A stretch of DNA of 64,000 bases from the human T2T-CHM13v2.0 reference genome, Homo sapiens, in NCBI RefSeq assembly GCF_009914755.1, contig NC_060939.1, one strand, 5' to 3'. The position numbers and the translations under genes were made by a program. The number at the start of each line of letters is the position of its first letter. Position 1 is the stretch's first letter. The notes under the pieces were generated by a model that was given only the letters and a program-made list of their open reading frames with translations, made no database searches and was not told the origin of the DNA. Shown here piece by piece: positions 54,201-64,000 of the stretch.

Positions 54201-57200
54201 CAGGGATTTTAGAATTATTATCATAAAAATCAAATGCAAAGCCAGATGGCCAGTGCAATGGAGAGCATTCGTTTTAGGGGTGATCATTTGTGGAATTTCA
54301 CAGGAAAATCTATATGCAACACAAAAATATTATGTGTCACATTTCACCATCTACTGTGTTGAAAACACAAATCTATGTTTTCAAGGGAGGACAGAAGACA
54401 GGAGCGGTGAAATGTGACACACAATATTTTTGTATTTATGAAGAATGCTATAAATTGAGTCTCCTACAAAACACTGGTGATACTCAGTCAACCTGGGTTG
54501 CTGTTGATCTGAAAGTTTCCTTCATTTTATCTATCAAAGAACCCTTGCATTTTTCCTGCCACAACCAAGTCTCCTGGCTCTTCCTGGTTTGTGTCACAAG
54601 TTCAATTAGGTTATTTAGACACTTTGGACATTTAAATTCTTTGTTTGTGTATGTTTAAAATCAAGGAAAAATGTCATGGAAGGTTACCAAAATCCATGTA
54701 ATTTACCCAAGAAATGAGTCTACTGGGTAAATACATATTGAGGCAATTTTTAAAGTCATATTTATTTACTCTACACACCTCAGTCTGTGGAATAAATAAA
54801 TATTTGAGCTGTGCACTCTGTGTGTTAAAGCACCTCATGAAAATGTATGCTGACACTAGATGTGCAAGAAGAATCTCCTTTTAAGTTTTATATCTGAGCC
54901 ATTTAACTTTGGGGGATAGAGAAAAGGAACAAATGGAACCATTTTATAGGGGTAATTACCACATTCTATACCCCCACCCACCCCCATCAAAGCATATTTA
55001 AGATGAGCAGCTGAAACTCACCCCAGTTTTTCCCTTTTATTTTCAAAGGCCATCGACTGCACCAAAATGTGTACTTTATAATTAATTCCTTTCAGTTATC
55101 TCCACACCTCCTTCTCCAGCAGGCATCAAATCATTTCAGTAGGGTCCGGTCTCAGAGTTGGATGTGTTTACACGGATGGGTCTTAAAATCTGTAGTTTCC
55201 CTTCTTTGTTCTTCTCTGGAGACCTGGGAGTAGTACCCTTCAGACATTTTATTGATCTTTCTTCCCCTTTGGCTCATACATGCTAATTGTACCTCTGTAG
55301 CAAAACAATCTTATTATCATGTTAATTAGTGGGAGGGCTGTTGAGGTTTTCCACTTCATTACCTACTAATTTCAAGATAAATGAATCCACAGGTTACTAA
55401 GTAAATAAGGTCACCTATCAAGCACTTGTAAACGTGTTTGTGAACAGGGAATGGGGAGGCAGAAGGAAACCTGTTTGGTTTTCAAATGAGTGGGCTGGTG
55501 GGGCTTAGCTTTCGGATGGAGTTGAGAGTCCCATCAGGGTGGCCCTGTCCCTGAACTCATTTGTAATGAAAAGGGAACGTTTGCCATCCACCTGGTTTCC
55601 CAGTGGGGCACTTCCTCGGGAGCTCTCAAAGGCCTCTTTGTAGCCGAATTCATTCTGTGCATTGGGCGCTCATGGCCACTTTTGTAGAAAAAGCCAGAAG
55701 TGAGGTTCACACTGGGCAGGAGAACTTTGAAGCGGGAGGCCGGTGGGTGGTGCGATCGGAAATCACACTCTTCGCAGCTTCCCAGACTTATTTCCATCTT
55801 GGGCCGGATTGTTCCTAGTTTCTCCGGATTAAAAAGCAGAAGAATTAGTTATGAGGGAAAATGAGAAAATCGAGCCTGCCAAAACCCAAGATTTTTAGCG
55901 GATTTCCTTAAGGCAGAAGGGGAAAACAATTGCTAGGAGAATCTTAGCTACAATGCCAAAAACTAAACAAAAGGATGAATGGGAATTATTTTCTTTACCC
56001 TTTTATCTGTCTTTAAAAACAGTCACAATATTCAAACAGGACTTCGTTTTGCTTTTTCATCTTCTCTTGATGCTGGTACCTTAAAAAAGAAATTAAAGGG
56101 GAAAAAAGTTGTATATTTTTATCCCCTAGGAGATTCTCATCTTGTGAGCTTTCTATTTTGTATGTGGAATCTCCAGGGGCATCATTGTCCAAAGATCTAA
56201 CTGGCATCTGAAACACTGAATTCTCCCTTCTTTTTTTTTTTAATTAAGATAATAAATTGGTCTTAAATTATCCCTGAAATCAGACCAGTGTTGATTACAA
56301 TGGGGCTCACGCTGTGACAGCTCAAGATGATGTTATTTTTATTCCTTTTCAACGAGATCTTAATCTCTCCCTGCGTGTAAACAAATTGTCACTGTAACCT
56401 TGTTCTCTAATCTCCCAGTCAAAGACCTTTAAAGCATTGGGAGATAACAGATCAGGCCAAGATTTCACCAGCTCTTCAGCTGGCGCGGATAGGCCACCTT
56501 TCACTCCCACCGGCTGAGTCTTTAAACACTGAAGGAGAATTAATAACTACATCTTACATGAAAAGCTCCACGGAAACCTTTGAAGGCCGTATATGTTGTA
56601 TAGCTGGAGTCCCGAACATGCAAGCTGCTGGTCTGGATGAGAAATGCCTTTGCTACCAGGAGAAGGACCTGAGCCAGCGGTGGGAAGGGGACTGTTAGGG
56701 AAAAGGGACAAGAAGGAGAGACACAGAGAGGGACATTCAGAGACAGAGAGACAGAGAGAAACTGCCCTAGAAATAGAAAGAAGGGGAAAAGAAAATCAGA
56801 GAGACAGAGTCGAAGTGGAACAAGAATGAGGGTAAGAAAAGGGCTACCAAAAATGGTCCACCCAACAACTGGTAAAAGCAACCGGTGACAAACGCCACTT
56901 TGCTGGTATGAGAAAACATTCCAGAGAGTGGATCAGATTACCTTCCCAGCCATTTCAAAATATCCCTGTGTGACTTTCTATCGGAGAGTCCTCTTTCATG
57001 CCATGAAAGGGAAATTCTGCAAACATTCCCAAACGCTGGTGAGCAACAAGTTACTAATGAGCTACCTAGTGAACCCCAGTTCAGAGACCTCAGATACATG
57101 GACGTGTTTGTTTTAAAACCAGTTAAGAGGCATGTCTAGGGTGCGGCAGATCTTCAGCAATGATTCTGAGGGAATGGGCAGCTAGTAGTACCAGGCGCCT

Positions 57201-57539
57201 GGTGAGGAGGCTGCAAGATTCTCTTCCAAGTCCTCTCCCCAGTCCCCAGCAGAGCCCAGAACTGTCCGCCACTTTCAGACTCGCTCATCCATCTTTGGGT
57301 CTTCCCAATTTGACTTCTGTCCTGTGACTCCCCAACCCTTCCTTGGCTAATATCATTAAAAACAGGACAGCGAGCCTTAATGGGTGATTTTCTCTTCAAT
57401 TAGTAGAGGACTTTGATCACCAAAAGTGGTGATTCAAAGTAGGAATAAGTTTAGCTCTGGGTTTGCCTTACCTCTAATGAATTTTTCTGGAAACTCCATG
57501 AATTTCCACGAGCCAGCATTTTTTAGTGGAAAGGTCATG

Positions 57540-57730
57540 GACTCTGGTTCAACAGTGTGACCTTTCACAATCTATAAAATGGGGAAAATAGTAACATCTT
57601 TCCCTTGGGCTACTGCAAAAATTAGATGAGTTAATGTAAATAAAATATAAAAGGCATTATCTGGTACATTAAAAAATAAAATAATGCTTTTCAATAAATA
57701 AATTAATCCTTTCAATAAATGTTAATTATC
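57540..57730 (+). mobile_element. MIR
   Basis: tctataaaatggggaaaatagtaac...aattagatgagttaatgtaaataaaa..ctggtaca. Confidence 0.65.
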
Positions 57731-58899
57731 ACTTCGTACAGAGCACACCAGAACCTAAATTTAAGTACCATTTGTCATAGAGCAAAATCGTTTGCTTTGA
57801 GGTACGAGTCAACTCCTTTGCCCTGGCAGAGAAATAGGTCACTTATGGGAGGAATTGCTTGGTGATTTTCAGGTGTGCTGTGAAAAATCATGCTGCACAT
57901 ATGAAATTTCTTCCTAGGTCAGGGCTGCTTCTTCCTCCAGTTCCTCCAGAGACTTTTTTTCTCTTTAAGAAACACTGGCTTTCATAATATTAGGTGATGT
58001 TTAAGTACCTGCTGGGTATTAGTCTGCTTAATTTTATTTTTCATTAAGTCAAAGGATTTGCACATAATTGGTTTCCCTCCGGGCTTCCATACCCACCTGT
58101 GGTTAGCAGCCACAACTGTGATATAATGTCCAGACAAAGGTGGCTTTGCTTTTTTTTCTTTCTTTTTTTTTTTTTAAGCAACTTTTGGAGGCTTACATCA
58201 GTTCATTGGTTTACTTCATTTTTTTGACAATATTTATTGCACTTTTTCTGAATATAAGAGTAATATGTTTATTAAAGAACGTTTGGCAAAAGACACACAC
58301 ATATATTTCCTACTATTTATTGAACACTTATTATTTGCAAGACCCTTGTAAAGCTTAGTGGCTTGCAGGCATATGCCACTTAATCTTCATAACAATTTTG
58401 TGATGGAAATACCTTACCCAAGACCACAGAATTGTAAAAGTGACAGAGTCCAGACTTAGAGTAGATCTGTCTTTCTCTAGAGGGTGTAATTTTTATCCCT
58501 ACCTATCTGTGACAGGTAAGTAAACAGGCAAGGAGCAGGCAGTTATAGAAAGAGGAACATTAAAACCAACATATCCACTCTTTATCCACTGTGTAGGGAG
58601 GGGGGATGGTTTCCTTGTAAAGTGAAGTATATTGAGGCATTTGAGTCATACTGGTGGATAGGATATGTTTTATGTCAAATATGTGAATGTTAAAATCCTG
58701 GTCTCACCACTCATAAAGTGATAAGACTTTTATTGTAGTAAGAGGTTAGATAAGTTACTTATCCTCTTTGTTTGCTATTTCTTTATCTATAATAAGACAT
58801 TTAATTCACAAAAAGTATAGAAAATATTTGGCATAATAACTAAAACATGTAAGCACTCATTACACATACACACACTGTACATATACACATATTGCAAAG

Positions 58900-59700
58900 T
58901 CAGTACAGCACTCTATATAGCATCCACTCCATAGCATACCACGTCAAACTCATTATTACATCCTGAATATTTCCCATTTCAGTTAAGATTGTTTTAATAG
59001 CAATATATTTTTCTTTCCTACAATTTCACCATAGTTAATTTAATTTAACCATTCTTTATTGTTACACATTTAATTAATTTCAAAGTTTTGCTGTCTTGAA
59101 GAATACTTCATTGTATCCCTCCCAAGGAATCATTGAGCATCTTCTGCTCTCTTAATATCTTAAAATTGTCCTAAAAATCACTGAGTAAAAATGTGCTTAT
59201 TTTCTAGGCTTTCTATAAATACAACCAACTGGGCTTCTGAAAAAAATGCAAATTTGCACTTCAGTAAGGACATAACAAGCATTTTTTTTGCTTTGGCCAA
59301 TAAAAAACTAAAAACGTAATTTAAAAAAATCTATTTGATAATTTAATTTCTTTTCCCAAAAAAGTATTTCTTCCATTGCCATTGTAAGTGAAAAATTTTT
59401 TGATGTTTCCTTTGGCTATCTCTATAAATTTTCTGAATTATCAAATTATGTCCTATGTTCTATTGGTTACTATTTTCTATTTGTTTATCTACTTAATTTT
59501 TAAGAACTCACTATAGATTATGATTTTCAAATTAAATTGTATAATATTTAATTTTCATATGTACATTATATAGATATTTTAATGTTAATGTAGTTTTTTA
59601 TACTTTCTTAGTTTCCATTTATACTCAGAAAAGAACTAGAATATATTCATCCATATTTTCTCTTAATGGTTTCATTATTTCATTTTAATAGTGACTGCTA
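58900..59700 (-). mobile_element. old L1M (L1ME-like) relic
   Basis: T-rich, taatttaaccattctttattgttacacatttaa..ttttgct typical of antisense L1M. Confidence 0.5.
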
Positions 59701-60342
59701 ATTGAGTTTAGTTTTCCTTTTAAGGAAAATGTTGACCTAGGACCTATTACTACGTTCTTGGTGATGTATATACATTATCTCATTTAATTATAACCCTCAC
59801 CCCCAGCCAAAAAAATTAAAACAGTAAGGCAGCTGTTAGCACTTTTCACAGATGAAGACCTGGACTTGCCCAGAGACCAAAAAGAGTGAAATGGATCAGT
59901 TATAGGTCAAATTTAGGTGTGTTTAGTTAAATTAAAATGAGAAGAAGATAGAGTTTTGAATCATAAAATTGACCAGTGTCATTATCACTAGAAAGTGATA
60001 GGTAGGAATAGGAGATGCATGGCTCAAGAAAAGATGGAAGAATGGATGAATGGATCAATGGATGGATGAATGAATTAATAGTCTAAAAAGGCAATTTATC
60101 AGCCTGACAGAAATGTCTTTCCCTGCTTGGTAGACCATTAGTCTGGTTTAGCCTACAGTCATTTCACAATCCTCCAGCCTCCAGATAAACTATATTATTA
60201 TGGTACTACTCAGGAGATTCCTGGGGTCAAAGTGACTGGCATGGATGAGAGATTTCATACTTCCTACTTCCTAAGACCAACAATTCATCCTTTTATGCCA
60301 TAGTCAGTCCACCAGTGAACACTTTAATTGGATGTTTTGTAG

Positions 60343-60600
60343 AGGTTAAAAGCAAGGGCGTATGTGGCGGATTGTCAAAACCTGAATCTTAGCCTCCTAG
60401 CTTTGTAACTCTGGCCAAGTTACTTAACCTCTCTGTGCCTCAGTTTTATCACTTGTAAAATGGGGCTAATAACGCTTAAAGTCTCAGGTTTTTTGTTTTT
60501 CTTTTTTGCAGATCAATTAATTAATAAATGCAAACCCTTCTAAACAGAGCCTGGTGCATAATAAGTGAAAAATAAATGTTTTTAGCTGTTATTATTATTT
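60343..60600 (+). mobile_element. MIR, near full length
   Basis: ggttaaaagc..ggccaagttacttaacctctctgtgcctcagtttt..tgtaaaatgggg..agagcctgg..tattattatt. Confidence 0.85.
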
Positions 60601-61057
60601 TCTTCTATGCTAAAGTTAAATGTGATATGTAACAATAACTTTCATAAACAGTAGGAAAATTGCACAGGGATTTTCTTGGTTCATTAACATGACTCTACAC
60701 GCTTCCAAAAAAAGTATGAGGACATAGAAATACCCCAGTGGTCTATAAATAACCTTGAGAATTCAGTCTTTTGGGACACAAGATGTTCTCAGGTTGTGTA
60801 AGTTATACTTAAACATTTTCTAAAAGAACTAGCCACAGTGCAGTTCACACAGGTCACGATTTTCGTACTTATCAAGATTGCTTCATAAATATTATCTCAT
60901 TTTGAATCAGGAACAAGTTTTATAATGAATACATCTAAATAGGCTTTGGCAGTGCTTACATCGTGTTGGAAAGTCAAAACCTAAAAAACCAGATTATTCA
61001 ACATCATTGTAAGCCTCTAAACCCAAATGTCTGACAGGATGCAAGTGTCTGTCTCTC

Positions 61058-61096
61058 TGTGTGTGTGTGTGTGTGTGTGTGCATCTGTGTGTGTGC
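61058..61096. repeat. (TG)n microsatellite
   Basis: seen directly. Confidence 0.9.
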
Positions 61097-64000
61097 AGTG
61101 TAGACACAATCTTAAATTGCCTAATGTTGGAAAAGCAGACAGTGACAACAGAGGCACAATGATAGATAGCCAACACATTTACACACCAGGAAACTTTATT
61201 TAGAGAGTCACTGAGATCATACATACGGAAATGTTCTTCTCTATCTTATCCCATAGAACCTCCACCATCCACTCTGCAGAGAGTGCTGCCAGTACAGGCA
61301 AAAAAGACACCCACACAAACAAAAATGGCCTGAGATAACCACAGTTTGAAGTCTACAATAGAGAAATGTCCTATCTCTGGATAAGCAGGGTCTGTGGTGA
61401 CTCCTATTTTTCTTCTCAGATTTCTGAAATCTCTTCCCTCAAGTGTAATCGACATTTTGCTCCTTCCACCCGCCTCACCATCACCACTATTCCAAACAAA
61501 CACCCAGGAACTTTGACAGTAAGAGAATGATTGCATTGGTGAGAAGCTGGGTGATAAGTCAATTTACTCTAAGCTGAAAAAAACCATGGGAGTCACAATG
61601 TCCCTTGTTAGTGGTTTAATTTATAAAAGTACAATGCTTAATCATTTAATAGCTTCATTAAAACAACACCAGAAGAAGGTATAAAAACAATCATCCATGT
61701 CTTATAAGAAATTGATTTCTTTCTGGTACTTCATACCTGCCAAATTGAAAATATGTACTAAAAAACTTACAACCACTCAGATGACAGCCAAAGGGAAAGT
61801 GATGACAGTGAGTCCTTGTATTTGTAATTTAGCTACAAATACACCTATGTTTATTGGAACATGAAAAAAGCTATCAAAGAAAAAGACAGTTTTAACAAAA
61901 GAATCTTGTGTGTTCCCATTTGAAGAAAAGTATAGTACCGTGAAAGTCAAATAATGTATGTTTTAACTGTGTCATTTAAACAAACAGATGTTTAGAACAT
62001 GATGTGATGGCTATAGGAGGTGTAGGGGAAAAAAAACATTCTAGACTAGTGCACACCATTGTCCCATAAGAGAATTTCACTTTTTAGGCAAAATCTCAGA
62101 AGATTGGATATACGAACAGGTTGCTTTGGGATAATGGAAAATATGAGCTCATTAGCACCAGGTTTGTTATTTGTTCTACAACAAAAAAGTAAATTACAAT
62201 GCATTAGTGGAGTTAGTGTTGTTTTTAATGTGCATGGGGATACAATAAAACTTTTATTAGGGAAGTGTGATAGTATGTTTGTGCTACAGTATCAGCATCC
62301 TGCTCTTGTACAACAGCCAATCATGTGGCCCAGTGGAACATTCTTATAATGATGTAATAAAATTTGACTCTGATATTGTAAAATATGTTTATGGTAAGGC
62401 TGTTGGGATATTTTTACGCAATCTTATTAGAGCAGGTGCCTAAACCTATTATATTTTGTAGTCCAATTTCAGTGGAATTTTTAAAATGTCAAATTTCTAA
62501 TCTGGAGTTTGAATGCTGAAATGATCACGTTATGATGCAAAATGTGATCTGCAGCCTCCCCCTCCCCCAGGCCTCATGGATATGAGATGGCACGAAATTG
62601 CCATCTTAAAGCAGAAATCTAATCGAGAGTTTTCTCAATGAACACAATGCTATTGGCTATACTGCAGAATTTGTCCCACGGACGATTGGGCATTAAAAAA
62701 AATAGTAACTATAAGTACATGTAACTATTTTTTTCTGGGTCCTCCTTATTGAATACAGTGTATTCTTAGTTATTTTTCTTCTCCTGTTGTTCAACACTTT
62801 TCTCCTCTGGCTTATCATCACTTTGAGGCCCCAGCAACATGCATCAAATAATGCATGTCCACAAAAGACAGTTGGCCAGGAAATCTAAGGACAATGCTTG
62901 GGAAAGAAAGAAAGGCCATCTATCCCTAAGCTTTGGACTAGGACCTAGGTTTATAGAACTCCTCTTATTCAGAATAGCGTGAGTTGCTCAAAAGTGGACA
63001 TTGCTGATTCATGTTGGAGAGGTGGAGATACGGTCTTTAGTGTAAATAATTGTGTTTATTGAATAAAGCACAATGAACCTGTACAGGTTACAAGGCTAAT
63101 AGATAGCAAGAAGAATAGGAAGGGTTCAAAACTCTTCTTAATTTTTAGACTAAAATGAGCCTAGAGCAGAATTTTCTGAAGTGTTTTTCCTAGAAGATGT
63201 GCTTCATAAAACATATATCAAAGCCAAAGAAATTTAGACAACTTTGCATATAGTACTAATTATAGTATTATTTGCTGGGCACATTTGCATATTAAAGGCT
63301 CTGAGAAGTTCCGCGGCAAAAACTTTGCATTAATAGCACTAATTTTAAAACCGTTTGATCATGTAATTCATTTGTTTTTGCACAGTACACTAGAAAGTGT
63401 TGTAACTGAGAAAAAAGTATAGGCAACATATGTGGTTAGAATAAAAGATTTAAAAAATGTTTTAAAGATTGTGGTTTAATTATTCAAATAATTAGTAATA
63501 TATAATTTTAAAGCTTGAAAGGGCCTATCTTCCTTGTCACTTTAGGGCAGTTTATGTTTTAAATAATATTTGCTAACTTCTTTCATTGAAAACACTTCAT
63601 TAAACCAATTTTGTTAATTATATTTCCAAAAGGCAAAATGCTTGAAATTTTTTACAATCAAACCTAAATTAATTAAGATCCTTAGGGGATTAAAATTCCA
63701 GTTAATTAAATTTTTTAAACAGAAAATTAAACAGAAAAGCTTTTTTGTTTCAACTTATTGGGAATTTGTCTTAAATGTATGGGCATGTTTTCATATTTTA
63801 CAATGAATTGCTCTCGATTATAATTAAATTTTGTTCCATCATTTAGAATTTTACACAATACCTCTGAATTATCATTCTAAATATGATTCTAAAGATCTAG
63901 AGGACTGTGGTAGTAGACACTCAACATGCAAGAGATTAAGTTGAATTGAATTGGTAAGGAACTTGACCCGACTTGGGTCACAGGTCCATCACTGGTGAGC

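Overview
AT-rich primate (human-like) non-coding DNA, either intergenic or deep intronic. I can support no protein-coding gene, RNA gene or CRISPR array. The ORF track reflects Alu/LTR translations, low-complexity sequence and chance ORFs. The window holds 11 Alus plus one duplicated Alu fragment, a complete MER41 LTR with an LTR12F nested in it, a full-length MER6, MLT1/MST MaLR pieces, MIR/L2/L1M relics and microsatellites. Main observations: (1) The MER41::LTR12F composite keeps both tandem GAS (STAT) motifs and an LTR12 core promoter whose own poly(A) signal is mutated. (2) An MST LTR fragment has the hallmarks of an L1-mediated retrocopy (AATAAA, A-rich tail, 14-bp TSD). (3) There are three local 155-215 bp duplications of about 90% identity, one of which copied an Alu 5' junction into a neighbouring LTR. 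(4) A CpG-enriched promoter-like patch lies at 13.6-14.0 kb. Repeat names come from recalled consensus sequences and need RepeatMasker/Dfam confirmation. I cannot identify the locus and see no convincing novel gene system.
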